From Eledone cirrhosa (taxonomy: Eukaryota), in the NCBI GenBank assembly GCA_964016885.1, contig OZ024747.1, positions 50,344,001-50,408,000 on the forward strand: a DNA stretch of 64,000 nt. Direction: 5' to 3'. Positions 1 through 14,887 of this stretch are shown here, one piece after another. The position numbers and the translations under genes are program-made. Every line of letters begins with the position of its first letter. The stretch's first letter is position 1. The notes beneath the pieces were generated by a model, which saw only the letters and a program-made list of their open reading frames with translations, searched no databases and was not told where the DNA came from.

Positions 1-85
1 ACTAGTTATTTAATTGTTATCAAGTTATATATATATGTATATATATATATATATATATACATTATATATATATATAGATATATAG

Positions 86-142
<57 letters not shown>

Positions 143-155
143 GTAATAGTAATAA

Positions 156-260
<105 letters not shown>

Positions 261-277
261 CATGTATATATATATTT

Positions 278-400
278 CGCCTGAAGAAGGGCTTATGCCC
301 GAAACGTCGTTCCCCACCACCACCTCACTCTCAAGAGCGTGAAACTAATAAACATTTGTTCGTACTGCCTCTCGGTTTTGTTCCCGTTCCATTTTTCAAT
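278..400 (+). mobile_element. PLE terminal-repeat fragment with minimal type I hammerhead ribozyme
   Basis: CTGAAGA-A-GGGC-TTAT-GCCC-GAAA-CG-TC at 281-308 (palindromic stem III ACGT, GUC site). The tail (aaacatt..gtactgcctctc..ttttca) recurs at about 38611-38660, directly upstream of the Penelope ORF. Flanked by (TA)n. Confidence 0.8.
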
Positions 401-460
401 ATATATGTATATATATATATATATGATGTATATATATATATACATTATATATATATATAC

Positions 461-845
<385 letters not shown>

Positions 846-882
846 AATATATATATGTGTCTGTGTGTGTATTTGTGTGTGT

Positions 883-953
<71 letters not shown>

Positions 954-1069
954 TGTGTGTGTGTGTGTGCGCGTGTGTGTGTGTGTGTGTGTGTGTAAGT
1001 GTGTGTGTGTGGCATGGGCTATGTCTGTCTTAGTTTTGTTCTTAGTCACTATATTGTAAGGTTGTAACT

Positions 1070-1460
1070 ATTCTATTCAAGATTTCTATTTAAATTTGGT
1101 CGAAGTTCATTTATGTTTATAGCCCCAGTTATCCGCTGGCGTATTGCGTCTATGTAGATATAATTTTTATGTTGATGTTCTCTAGTGTGGCCTCATGTCC
1201 TGACATGTTGGTGGAGTATTGATGAGTTTTTCTTGTCTTGGAGTTCCCGCCAGTGTTCTTTCACCCTTTCTCCTAAGTTATGGGCAGTCTCCCCTATGTA
1301 TGTCATGTGCCTACACTGTCACTCTGTACATCTTATGCTACAAACTAGGTTCCTACTTGCACAGTTGGTCTGTGGATTTAATCTGTAGACTATTCATTTT
1401 CTATCGGTGCAGGGGATTTTCGTCAAATGTTGACAATAGAAGACACAAAAGAACAAAACT
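1070..1460 (-). pseudogene. PLE GIY-YIG endonuclease fragment (family B)
   Basis: Minus-strand translation NCASRNLVCSIRCTE*QCRHMTYIGETAHNLGERVKEHWRE...NELRPNLN matches the PLE GIY-YIG pattern (NLVY..C..C..YIGET...R..EH...P.LN). Contains stops. Confidence 0.8.
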
Positions 1461-1514
1461 AATAAGATAAATGGACAGCGCTCTCCCCACAACCACACAC
1501 ACACACGCACACAT

Positions 1515-1558
<44 letters not shown>

Positions 1559-1559
1559 G

Positions 1560-1596
<37 letters not shown>

Positions 1597-1639
1597 ACAC
1601 ACATACACACACATACATATATATATATAAAGAGAGAGA

Positions 1640-1990
1640 TTACAAAAACCTGGAAAACAATTAATTTACTAGTGACAAGTAGATAGGAAAGAGGGAAGGG
1701 AGAGAAAATAAAGAAATAACACACTGATGTAAAGCATGCACAGTCCAGACGGTGGAAACAGAACAAAGAGGAGACACAAAGCAACAAAAGCAGTCACTGC
1801 AGAGGTCCCAGAATGTGTGACGAAAGAGCTCCGACAATCAACAACTAAACATCCATTAGGTTATTAAACTAACCGATGAGAAATTATAATAATAAATTGA
1901 AGTGAAACTTATCTGGTATGTGTTTTTTTTATTGGCAGCACGACCCTCCAGAAGAATGACAATTTCTTTTGATTTTGGATAGCTGCACGA
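1640..1990 (+). mobile_element. Family B PLE 3' terminal repeat with HHR, inverted relative to the GIY-YIG fragment
   Basis: CTGCAGA-G-GTCCCA-gaatg-TGTGAC-GAAA-GAGCTC at about 1797-1831. Homologous to 28320-28820 and 53570-53930. Confidence 0.7.
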
Positions 1991-1999
1991 AAGATGAAG

Positions 2000-3300
2000 A
2001 GAGAGTGAGAGGGTGATAACGATTGAGTATGAGATAGTAAGTGAGAGGGAGAGAGAGAGAGAGAGAGAGAGTGAGAGGGTGATAACGATTGAGCGTGAGA
2101 TAGTAAGTGAGAGGGAGAGAGAGATAGTGAGAGGGTGATAACGATTGAGCGTGAGATAGTAAGTGAGAGGGAGAGAGAGAGAGAGTGAGAGGGTGATAAC
2201 GATTCAGTATGAGATAGTAAGTGAGAGGGCGAGAGAGAGAGTGAGAGAGTGATAACGATTGAGCGTGAGATAGTAAGTGAGAGGGAGAGAGAGAGATAGT
2301 GAGAGGGTGATAACGATTGAGCGTGAGATAGTAAGTGAGAGGGAGAGAGAGAGAGAGTGAGAGGGTGATAACGATTGAGCGTGAGATAGTAAGTGAGAGG
2401 GAGAGAGAGATAGAGAGAGAGAGAGTGATAACGATTGAGTATGAGATAGTAAGTGAGAGGGCGAGAGAGAGAGAGAGAGAGTGAGAGGGTGATAACGATT
2501 GAGCGTGAGATAGTAAGTGAGAGGGAGAGAGAGAGAGAGTGAGAGAGTGATAACGATTGAGCATGAGATAGTAAGTGAGGGGAGAGAGAGAGAGAGAGAG
2601 AGTGATAACGATTGAGCGTGAGATAGTAAGTGAGGGGGCGAGAGAGAGAGAGTGAGAGGGTGATAACGATTGAGTATGAGATAGTAAGTGAGGGAGCGAG
2701 AGAGAGTGAGAGTGAGAGGGTGATAACGATTGAGCGTGAGATAGTAAGTGAGGGGGCGAGAGTGAGAGTGAGAGGGTGATAACGATTGAGCGTGAGATAG
2801 TAAGTGAGAGGGAGAGAGAGAGAGAGTGAGAGAGTGATAACGATTGAGCATGAGATAGTAAGTGAGGGGAGAGAGAGAGAGAGAGAGTGATAACGATTGA
2901 GCGTGAGATAGTAAGTGAGGGGGCGAGAGAGAGAGAGTGAGAGGGTGATAACGATTGAGTATGAGATAGTAAGTGAGGGAGCGAGAGAGAGTGAGAGTGA
3001 GAGGGTGATAACGATTGAGCGTGAGATAGTAAGTGAGGGGGCGAGAGAGAGAGTGAGAGGGTGATAACGATTGATCATGAGATAGTAAGTGAGAGGGAGA
3101 GAGAGAGAGAGAGAGTGAGAGGGTGATAACGATTGAGCATGAGATAGTAAGTGAGAGGGAGAGAGAGAGTGAGAGGGTGATAACGATTGAGTATGAGATA
3201 GTAAGTGAGGGGGCGAGAGAGAGAGTGAGAGGGTGATAACGATTGAGCATGAGATAGTAAGTGAGAGGGAGAGAGAGAGAGAGAGAAAGAGAGAAAGAGA
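2000..3300. repeat. Minisatellite, about 55-60 bp unit with variable (GA)n
   Basis: About 22 copies of gtgataacgattgagcgtgagatagtaagtgag followed by (ga)n. Confidence 0.95.
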
Positions 3301-3955
3301 GAAAGAGAGAGAGAGAGAGAGAGTGTGTGTCAGAGAAAGTGAGTGTATTTATGAGGGAGAGCATGTGTGTGTATGAAAGAGAGTATGTGCGTGTGTGTGT
3401 ATAAAAGAGAGTGTGTATGTGTATGAGAGAAAGAGAGTGTGTAGATGTTTATGAGAGAGAATGAGAGGAAGAAAGAAAGAAACAGAGAGAGAGAGAGAGA
3501 GAGAAAGAGTGTGTGTGTGCGTGTATGAGAAAAAGCAAGAATGAGTTAATGTGAGTGGGTGGCGCCGCGTGTGTATCTGTATGAAAGAAATGAAGTGAGA
3601 GTGAGAGAAAGAGAGTTAGAGAGAGAGGTTTGGTGATTAAGTCGGAAAGTAGAATATTCTGAGAGAGAGAGAGAGAGAGTGGAAGAGTTGGAGAGAGAGT
3701 GGGAGAGAGGGGGAGAGTGGGAGAGAGAGAGAGAGAGAGATAGATTGAGATAGAGATAGAAAGAAAAAGGTAGAGTGAGGTAGAGAGAGAGGGATAGAAA
3801 GGTAGAGGGAGACAGAAAGAGGTAGTGAGAGAGAGGGGTAGAGAGAAAGGTAGGGAGAGAGAAAGGTAGAGAGAGAGAGAGAGAGGTAGGGTGAGAGAGG
3901 TAGAGAGAGAGATGTAGAGAGAGAGAGAGAGAGAGAGAGGTAGAGAGAGAGATGT

Positions 3956-4018
<63 letters not shown>

Positions 4019-5069
4019 GAGAGAGAGAGAGGTAGAGAGTGAGAGGTATAGAGAGAGAGGTAGAGAGAAAGAGAGAGAGAGAGAGAGAGTTAGTGAGAGA
4101 GAGGTAGTGAGAGAGTTAGTGAGAGAGAGAGAGAGAGAGTTAGTGAGAGAGAGGTAGTGAGAGAGTTAGTGAGAGAGAGGTAGTGAGAGAGGTAGATAGA
4201 GAGAGAGAGAGGTAGAGAGAGAGGTAGAGAGAGAGGTAGAGAGAGAGGTAGAGAGTGAGAGGTAGAGAGAGAGGTAGAGAGAGAGAGAGAGGTAGAGAGA
4301 GAGAGAGAGGTAGAGAGAGACGGGAAGTAGAACATTCTGAGAATATTTTGCCATAAAGAACAAAAGAATAACAGACTAAAAAAAAACAAATAAACAAATA
4401 AACATAGAAGATAAGTTTAGTGGTAAGATGGTGGTGGTGGTGGGGAGATGGTGGTGGTGGTGAGGAGATGGGGGTGGTGGGGGGAGTAGATGGTGGTGGT
4501 GGTGGTGGAGTAGACGGTGGTGGTGGTGGTGGTGGTGGTGGAGTAGGCGGTGGTGGTGGTGGGGGAGGCAGTAGGTGGTGGTGGTGGTGGTGGTTAGAGG
4601 GAGGGGAGGGAGGGAGGGAAGGAAGCAGTAGGTGATGTTGGGTGGTGGTGTTGGCGGCATGTAGTGATGATGACGATGACGATGATAATGGTGATGACGA
4701 CGGTGGTGGTGCTGGCATGTAGTGATGGTGATGGTAGTGGCGATGGGAAGAGGTGAAGAATAGATGTAGAGAGGTGAGAGTGGGGAGGGAGGGGGGAGGT
4801 ATAGAAACTGAGGGGAATGTAAACATCAAAGGAAGTTGATAAGAGATGGAAAAATAGGAACAGTTGTGCCATGAAGGAGGGGAGGGGGGGGGGGGAGACA
4901 AAGAAGAAGTTTGGTAAATCTGGAAAATGGCGAATTGAGAATTACAGAAATGGTGGATAAAATATATACAGAGAGGAATTATGGGATAGAAAAATATGAG
5001 GTTTGATTTGACAGGAAAATTAGAAAGATAAACTGGACTGGGGAGAACGAGAGAGAAAGCGAGAGAGAG

Positions 5070-5124
<55 letters not shown>

Positions 5125-5330
5125 ACGGCGAGAGACCGGGAGAGAGAGAGAGAGAGAGAGAGAGAGGGGACGGCGAGAGACCGGGAGAGAGAGGGGACGG
5201 CGAGAGACCGGGAGAGAGAGAGAGAGAGAGAAACGGGAAGACAAGGGGAGAGAGAGAGACGATGGAAAGAAAGAAGAAGAAAGATACTATCGAGACAGAG
5301 AGAGAGAGACAGCGTATATGTATATATCTA

Positions 5331-5613
<283 letters not shown>

Positions 5614-5859
5614 GGAGATGGGAAGAAAGGGAGACGGGTATAGAGAGGTAAAGATGTAGAAAGAAGCAGGCAGATAGAAAAGGACTGAGACATAGAAAGA
5701 GGGAGAGAAAGTGAAAGTAGAAAGGTAGAGAGATAGATAGAGAGATAGAGATATAGAGGTAGTGAGGGAGAGGGGAAAAGTGAGAGACAGAAGATAAAAG
5801 GTAAAACTAGAAAGTTGAGGAATGGATAGAGAGGAGAATATACGAAAGAAGAGAGAGAG

Positions 5860-5929
5860 AGAGAATGAGAAATGAGAATATGTGAGATAGAGAGAGAGAG
5901 ACCGACATAGAGAAGGAGAAATGAGAATA

Positions 5930-5977
<48 letters not shown>

Positions 5978-6152
5978 AGAAATGAGAATATGTGAGAGAG
6001 AGAGAGAGAGAAGGAGAAATGAGAATATGTGAGATAGAGAGAGAGAGAAGGAGAAATGAGAATATGTGAGATAGAGAGAGAGAGAAGGAGAAATGAGAAT
6101 ATGTGAGATAGAGAGAGAGAGAGACCGACATAGAGAAGGAGAAATGAGAATA

Positions 6153-6216
<64 letters not shown>

Positions 6217-6379
6217 AGAAATGAGAATATGTGAGATAGAGAGAGAGAGACCGACATAGAGAAGGAGAAATGAGAATATGTGAGAGAGAGAGAGAGAGAG
6301 AGCGAGAGAGAAGGAGAAATGAGAATATGTGAGATAGAGAGAGAGAGACCGACATAGAGAAGGAGAAATGAGAATATGT

Positions 6380-6411
<32 letters not shown>

Positions 6412-6490
6412 AGGAGAAATGAGAATATGTGAGATAGAGAGAGAGAGACCGACATAGAGAAGGAGAAATGAGAATATGTGAGATAGAGAT
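5860..6490. repeat. Minisatellite agaaggagaaatgagaatatgtg(ga)n
   Basis: About 14 tandem units, some carrying accgacat. Confidence 0.9.
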
Positions 6491-7064
6491 ATTTAGTAAT
6501 AAGAACAAAGGTGGTAGGAAGGTGGAAAGTAAAATATATCAGAAAAGAAGAAATAAAAACGAGACAAATGAAAAAAAAAAAGAAACAAAAAAAACAGCAA
6601 ATAATATAAATAAAAAAAAGATAAAACATACAAAGAATAAGGGAATTAGAAATGCAGGGATGGAATTCACACCAAATAAATCTTTTATTCTTTCAATATA
6701 AAAGAAGGAAAACATAAAATTATAAACACCAACCCACCGAAAACAAACAAAAATCACAAAGAAAAAACAAACAAGAATTGAGTAATGAAAGAATAAAAGA
6801 AAGAAACGATTGGAGGCGAGGGGTCGGTGGGGGTGGGGGTGAATAGGGTGGAGGGGTAGTGAGGGGGGGGGGGGCTGTTAGTCGGGTGTAGGTAGATAGG
6901 TGAGGTGGTATCACCCCACCATTCAGTATTATCATCATCATGGTCACACTAGGAACAACTTTGTTCTTCTGAGAAATATAATTTTCTGCTCAACCAATAA
7001 TGACGACATTTTGGCCTAAGTTTCTCTTTTTCTATCTTTCCTCTCTGACTGACGAACGATTGAG

Positions 7065-7780
7065 AATGTGTGAAGGTGTGTGTGTGTGTGTGTCTTTATG
7101 TATGTATGTATGTGTGTGTGTGAAGGTGTGTGTGTGTGTGTGTGTGTGTCTTTATGTATGTATGTCAGTATGTGTGAAAGTGTGTGTGTGTGTGTGTGTG
7201 TGTCTTTATGTATGTATGTATGTATGTATGTGTGAAGGTGTGTGTGTGTGTGTCTTTCTGTAAGTATGTATGTGTGAAGGTGTGTGTGTGTGTGTGTGTA
7301 TGTTTCTGTATATATGTATGTATGTGTGAAGGTGTGTGTGTGTGTGTCTTTCTGTATGTATGTATGTGTGAAGGTGTGTGTGTGTGTGTGTGTGTGTGTG
7401 TTTCTGTATGTATGTATGTGTGTGTGTGAAGGTGTGTGTGTGTGTGTGTGTCTTTCTGTATGTATGTATGTGTGAAGGTGTGTGTGTGTGTGTGTGTGTG
7501 CGTCTTTCTGTATGTGTGAAGGTGTGTGTGTGTGTGTGTGTGTCTTTATGTATGTATGTATGTATGTATGTGTGAAGGTGTGTGTGTGTGTGTATGTCTT
7601 TATGTATGTATGTATGTATGTATGTATGTATGTATGTATGTATGTATGTATGTATGTATGTATGTGTGAAGGTGTGTGTATATGTCTTTCTGTATGTATG
7701 TATGTGTGAAGGTGTGTGTGTGTGTCTTTCTGTATGTATGTGTCTGTGAAGGTGTGTGTGTGTGTCTTTATGTATGTGTG

Positions 7781-7820
<40 letters not shown>

Positions 7821-8940
7821 CTGTATATATGTATGTATGTGTGAAGGTGTGTGTGTGTGTCTTTCTGTATGTATATATGTATATGTGAAGGTGTGTGTGT
7901 GTGTGTCGTTCTGTATGTATATATGTATATGTGAAGGTGTGAAGGTGTGTGTATGTGTGTGTGTATGTGTATGTGTGTGTGTGGATGTGTGGATGTGGAT
8001 GTGTGTGTGGATATGTGTGTGGATGTGAATGTGTGTGAATGTGAAAGTACTACCATAACACATCATTGCAAAATTATAGCATCACCACCACACCCCACAC
8101 CACAGCCACCACACTAACACACCACCACACCTCAGCCACCACACCACCACACCACCACACTAACACACCACCTCATCCACCACAACACCACACCACAACA
8201 GCCACCACACTAACAAACCACTACAGCCACCACACCACCACACCACCACAGCCACCACACTAACACACCACCTCAGCGACCACACCAACACACCACCTCA
8301 GCCACCACACCACCACACCACCACAGCCACCACACTGACACACCACCACACCTCAGCCACCACACCACCACAGCCACCACACTAACACACCACCACAGCG
8401 ACCACACCGCCACACCACCACACCACAGCCACCACACTAACACACCACCACATCGACCACACCACCACACCACCACACCACAGCCACCACACTAACACAC
8501 CACCACAGCGACCACACCGCCACACCACCACACCACAGCCACCACACTAACACACCACCACATCGACCACACCACCACACCACCACACCACAGCCACCAC
8601 ACTAACACACCACCACAGCGACCACACCACCACACCACCACACCACAGCCACCACACTAACACACCATAACACTACACCACAACACAACCACAATATGAT
8701 TCGCCCCAACACCTCCACCCCACTATCACCACTACAACATCACCATAACAGTACCACACAACCACACTGCACCACACCACACCACACCACACCACACCAC
8801 ATCATCACACAAACACACCACCACCACCACCACCACCACCACCACCACCACCACCACCACCACCACCACAACCACCACCACAACCACCACCACCGCCACC
8901 ACCACAACAACAATATCACCATAACAGCACCACTAACACA
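7065..8940. repeat. Compound TG/TATG and CAC-rich simple-repeat arrays
   Basis: Units of gaaggtgtg..tctttctgtatg, followed by ccaccacac arrays. Confidence 0.9.
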
Positions 8941-9086
8941 CTCAGGAGATTGTAGTTGACGTCGAAGAAAAGAGAGAGGGAGATAGAGATAGAGAAAGGG
9001 AGAGTGAGAGAGAGAGATAGAGAGATAGAGAGAGATATAGAGAGTGATATAGAGGGAGCGACAGATAGATAGAGATAGAGAGAGAT

Positions 9087-9169
<83 letters not shown>

Positions 9170-9178
9170 AATAAATAA

Positions 9179-9213
<35 letters not shown>

Positions 9214-9226
9214 AATGAATATGTAC

Positions 9227-9330
<104 letters not shown>

Positions 9331-9335
9331 AATGA

Positions 9336-9371
<36 letters not shown>

Positions 9372-9730
9372 CGAGAGAGAGAGAGAGAGAGTGAGGGCAA
9401 AGAAATTGTGTACAACTCGACGCAAGCTTACGTAATAATATGGTTTGTGGTCTTTGACCAAATAGAGTCGTTTGATGCTGTCTTTGGGAGTCGGGCTTGG
9501 CCACTATTGGATTTTCTATAAGTCACAAATTATTTGATTCGTTGCTTTGTCTGAAACAGCCTGTGTAATCAGTGACTGGATATATAGAGAGGAGGTGAGT
9601 GTTTGATAGAGATACAGAGAGAGGGGGTAGAGAGTGAGCGGGTGAGAGATTGTTATAAATAAAAAGAGAGAGAGAGGGAGAGGTAAAGCGAAAAAGAGAG
9701 CGAGTGAGAGAGAGGGAGAGGTAAAGCGAA

Positions 9731-9762
<32 letters not shown>

Positions 9763-9916
9763 GTAAAGCCAAAGAGAGAGAGAGAGTGAGAATGTGTAAA
9801 AGAGAGATAGGTACGTCGATGAAGAGAGATAGAGAGATACATACACAGAAAGATAGAGACAGAGAGATAGAAAGATAGATAGATAAATAAAGATATATAT
9901 ATATATATATATATAT

Positions 9917-10181
9917 AACGGAGGAAATGTGGTAAGGAACCAGGTGGACCAAAAAGCACCAAAGTACTCAATACTTAGGGTAGTAGAGTGGGTAATAGGA
10001 ACCAGTAAGACCCCGACGGCTGAGCTCAAGCCGTTTCGACGGCTAATTCTGAATTAGCCGTCGAAACGGCTTGAGCTCAGCCGTCGGGGTCATACTTTTT
10101 CCTATTTCCCACTCTACTACCCTAAGTATTGAGTACTCTGGTGCGTTATGGTCCATCTGGTTCCTTACCACATTTCCTTTG

Positions 10182-10183
<2 letters not shown>
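9917..10183. mobile_element. Family A full palindrome (two ~130 bp arms)
   Basis: Centre cggctaattc-t-gaattagccg at about 10049. Both 3' ends abut (TA)n. Confidence 0.85.
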
Positions 10184-10267
<84 letters not shown>

Positions 10268-10434
10268 GTGGTGGGAGAGAGAGAGAGAGAGAGAAGGAGG
10301 GTGGGAGAGAGAGAGAGGGGGAGAGAGTGAGAGAGAGAGAGAAGGAGGGTGGGAGAGAGAGAGAAATTGAAGATAAAATATGGTAATACACTAAATCCCG
10401 GCTTTTTCCTGAAAAGAGAGGATAGGTGAGGGAG

Positions 10435-12337
10435 GGGATGGATGGATGGTTGGATGGCTGGATGGTTGGATGGTTGGATGGCTGGATGGTTGGTTGGTTG
10501 GTTGGTTGGATGGTTGTGGATGGTTGGATGGTTGGTTGGATGGTTGGTTGGATGGATGGTTGGTTGGTTGGTTGGTTGGTTGGATGGATGGTTGGATGGT
10601 TGGTTGGTTGGTTGGTTGGATGGATGGTTGGATGGCTGGATGGTTGGATGGTTGGATGGCTGGATGGTTGGTTGGTTGGTTGGTTGGATGGATGGTTGGA
10701 TGGCTGGATGGTTGGATGGTTGGATGGCTGGATGGTTGGTTGGTTGGTTGGTTGGATGGTTGTGGATGGTTGGATGGTTGGTTGGATGGTTGGATGGATG
10801 GTTGTGGATGGTTGGATGGTTGGTTGGATGGTTGGATGGATGGTTGGTTGGATGGTTGGATGGTTGGTTGGTTGGTTGGATGGATGGTTGCATGGTTGGA
10901 TGGTTGGATGGCTGGATGGTTGGTTGGTTGGTTGGTTGGATGGATGGTTGGTTGGTTGGTTGGTTGGTTGGTTGGATGGATGGTTGGATGGTTGGATGGC
11001 TGGGTGGTTGGTTGGTTGGTGGGATGGATGGTTGGATGGCTGGATGGTTGGATGGTTGGATGGCTGCATGGTTGGTTGGTTGGTTGGTTGGTTGGTTGGA
11101 TGGATGGTTGGATGGCTGGATGGTTGGATGGTTGGATGGCTAGATGGTTGGTTGGTTGGTTGGTTGGATGGTTGTGGATGGTTGGATGGTTGGTTGGATG
11201 GTTGGATGGATGGTTGTGGATGGTTGGATGGTTGGTTGGTTGGTTGGATGGATGGTTGCATGGTTGGATGGTTGGATGGCTGGATGGTTGGTTGGATGGT
11301 TAGATGGATGGTTGTGGATGGTTGGATGGTTGGTTGGATGGTTGGTTGGATGGTTGTGGATGGTTGGATGGTTGGTTGGATGGTTGGATGGATGGTTGTG
11401 GATGGTTGGATGGTTGGTTGGTTGGTTGGATGGATGGTTGTGGATGGATGGATGGTTGGTTGGTTGGTTGGATGGTTGGTTGGATGGTTGGTTGGATGGT
11501 TGGATGGTTGGTTGGTTGGATGGCTGGATGGTTGGTTGTGGATGGTTGGATGGTTGGTTGGATGGTTGGATGGATGGTTGTGGATGGTTGGCTGGTTGGT
11601 TGGATGGTTGGATGGATGGTTGTGGATGGATGGATGGTTGGTTGGTTGGTTGGATGGCTGGATGGTTGGTTGGTTGGATGGTTAGATGGTTAGATGGATG
11701 GTTGGATGGTTGGATGGTTGGTTGGTTGGATGGATGGTTGGATGTTTAGATGGATGGTTGTGGATGGATGGATGGTTGGTTGGTTGGATGGTTGGTTGGT
11801 TGGATGGATGGTTGGATGGTTGGATGGTTGGATGGTTGGTTGGTTGGTTGGATGGTTGGATGGTTGATTGGTTGGTTGGATGGATGGTTGTGGATGGTTG
11901 GCTGGTTGGATGGCTGGATGGTTGGTTGGATGGTTAGATGGTTAGATGGATGGTTGGATGGTTGGTTGGATGGATGGTTGGATGGTTGGAGGGATGGATG
12001 GATGGATGGATGGATGGATGGATGGTTGGTTGGATGGTTGATTGGATGGATGGATGGTTGGTTGGATGGTTGGATGATTGGATGGTTGGATGGATGGTTG
12101 GTTGGGTGATTGGATGGATGGTTGGTCGGATGTTTGGATGGTTGGTTGTATGCATGGTTAGATGGTTGGATGTTTGGATGGTTGGATGTTTGGATGGTTG
12201 GATGTTTGGATGGTTGGATGTTTGGATGGTTGGATGTTTGGATGGTTGGTTAGATGGATGCATGGTTAGATGGGTGGATGGTTGGATGGTTGGATGGTTG
12301 GTTGGATGGTTAGATGGTTGGATGGTTGGATGGTTAG
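10435..12337. repeat. (GGAT/GGTT)n complex tetranucleotide array, about 1.9 kb
   Basis: Directly visible in the sequence. Confidence 0.95.
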
Positions 12338-12409
12338 GTGCGGGAGGATAAGTGTGTGTATGGAGAAAGGTGGTTAGTGTGTTAGTGACTAAATCTCAGC
12401 CTTTTTTTA

Positions 12410-12847
12410 GAAATGAGTTAAAACTCAAACCATAAAGGGACATAACTCTATGATGTAAAGCATGGCGTTCGATCTTCTATCGATACTGCCAATCCACTGC
12501 CTGGTGCTAATGATAATAGGCGACAATGTGGGAAGGAAGAAATCGATTAAATCGACTTCAGTGTATTACTGGTACTTTATTTTACTAACTCCGTAGCGAG
12601 GAAAGGTAAAGCCAACGTCAGAGGGTTTTGAATCCAAACAGTAAAGGGCCGTAACTCTATTCTACAAAGCATGGCGTCCGACCCTCTACCGATACTGCCA
12701 ATAATAATTGTTTCTACTTTTGGCACAAGGCCAGCAATTACCCCAGTGCTTTACTGGTACTTATTTTATCAACCCCGTAAGGATGAAAGGCAAAGCTAAC
12801 CATGGTAGGATTTAAACTCAGAAACATAAAGGGCTGTAACTCTATGC
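12410..12847 (-). mobile_element. Cluster of OK-like tRNA-derived SINE copies (about 3)
   Basis: Motifs ccgaccctctaccgatactgccaa, ttactggtactttattttatc and aaaggcaaag. Confidence 0.8.
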
Positions 12848-13527
12848 TGAAGAGTCGGGATAACTTTCGGGCCGAGACCCATGGACAACTTCCAGAAATC
12901 CCTGGCCTGGCAGTACTACCGAGGAGATTTGCCAGTTCGGGATAAACTCTATAGGCATGGAAATGCCGTCATCTGGACCTGTCCGAGATGCGCGCAGTGC
13001 GACGAAACCGTCCTGCGCGCACTTGTCCAGTGTCCGAGCATTGATGACTTGTGGGTCGAACACCTACTGTCGCGTGAAGGACGGATCCGGCTATCAGCTG
13101 AGTCCATCATGAATATTGCCCTCCCTACCGCCTACCATTAGCCGGAAAGGGCAGGCAGTTTTCATCTGCCTGGTGGCCATGGCGAAAGAGGTCGTGTGGT
13201 GGACGCATCTGACAGGGCTGAAGATCCTTTTAAAATTTCATTTGAAAAGGAAAATCAGGGTGGAGAGGGAAGTGCTCCCTTCCCAGCAATTTGTTGAAAG
13301 ATGGGTGAGCATGATCCGAGTGAATGGGAGATGGCACTTGCCCTGGTGGTCAGGGTTACCGAGGTTTTTTGTGACCGTTCTCCACGAATGACCCTTAGAA
13401 GTCTCCCCCCTATTAGGGAATTTTCCTTTGTTTTAATTTTTTGTTACTTCCTTTGTTATTGTTTTCTTTACATGCAGAAATGCCCATTTGTACTGTCCTG
13501 TATTGTCCTTAATGTTGAAAAATAAAG
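12848..13527 (+). mobile_element. 3' fragment of a Tx1/L1-clade LINE ORF2 (C-terminal Cys-rich zinc-finger region) with 3' UTR
   Basis: KSLAWQYYRGDLPVRDKLYRHG...CPRCAQCDETVLRALVQC, then KEVVWW in another frame. AATAAA at about 13520. Confidence 0.8.
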
Positions 13528-13602
13528 CATTATTATTATTACTATTATTATTTTCTTTATTGGCCTCAAGGGCCCAAAGTATATATATATATATATATAT
13601 AG

Positions 13603-13774
13603 TCTGACGGCAGAGCTCAAACCGTTTCGACGGCTATTTCAGAAATAGCCGTTGAAACGGCTTGAGCCTTTCCGTCGGGGGCATACATTTTCCTATTACC
13701 CACTCTACTACCCTAAGTATTGAGTACACTGGTACGTTATGGTCCATCTGGTTCCTTATCACAACTCCTTCGTT
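13603..13774. mobile_element. Family A asymmetric palindrome
   Basis: Centre cggctatttc-a-gaaatagccg. Lies in (TA)n. Confidence 0.8.
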
Positions 13775-13855
13775 ATATATATATATATACGTATATATAT
13801 ATATATATAAATGTATATATATATAAATAAATGTATATATATGTCTATATTTTTT

Positions 13856-13906
<51 letters not shown>

Positions 13907-13945
13907 CATATATACGTTTATATATAAAAACACACACACACACAA

Positions 13946-14009
<64 letters not shown>

Positions 14010-14048
14010 CATATATACGTTTATATATAAAAACACACACACACACAA

Positions 14049-14095
<47 letters not shown>

Positions 14096-14400
14096 TGTGT
14101 GTGTGCGTGTGTGTGTGTGTGTGTATAACATACACATATGACCAATCATCAAATATTAATTAGCAGCGTCCATTGTATGATATGAAATCTGTAATGGAGC
14201 GACGGAAGGAATTAAAACTTGTGGTAAAGCAGATGTTGAATTAAGAAGTCTTCATCAGAGGGCTTTTGTATCACGTCCATTGTATGTCTCCATTGCATGT
14301 GTTTCTCACTACTTTATGGACGTATGAGAGGTGTCTTTCTACTACCTATACACACGTCTATACGTACTGGAAGCAAACTTACCATGCGTCCATGTTTACA

Positions 14401-14487
<87 letters not shown>

Positions 14488-14501
14488 CACCCTCACATTT
14501 A

Positions 14502-14559
<58 letters not shown>

Positions 14560-14640
14560 ACACCCTCACATTTATATATGCATATATATATATATACATT
14601 ATATATATATATATATAAATATATAAATATATATACATAC

Positions 14641-14710
<70 letters not shown>

Positions 14711-14739
14711 ATATGCATATATATGTGTATACTTGTATG

Positions 14740-14779
<40 letters not shown>

Positions 14780-14843
14780 CTGTATATATATGCATATATA
14801 AATGTGAGGGTGTAATATATATATATATATGCGTGTGTATACT

Positions 14844-14887
<44 letters not shown>

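Noticed and set aside
10435-12337. Telomeric repeat
   Set aside because: Units are GGAT/GGTT, not TTAGGG.
12847-12880. CTGAAGA...GAGAC as a hammerhead
   Set aside because: No GAAA or stem III, and it lies at a SINE/LINE coding junction.
14235-14262. Isolated CTGATGA on the minus strand (also 46176-46182 and CTGACGA at 59829)
   Set aside because: No convincing stem II closed by GAAA plus NUH.
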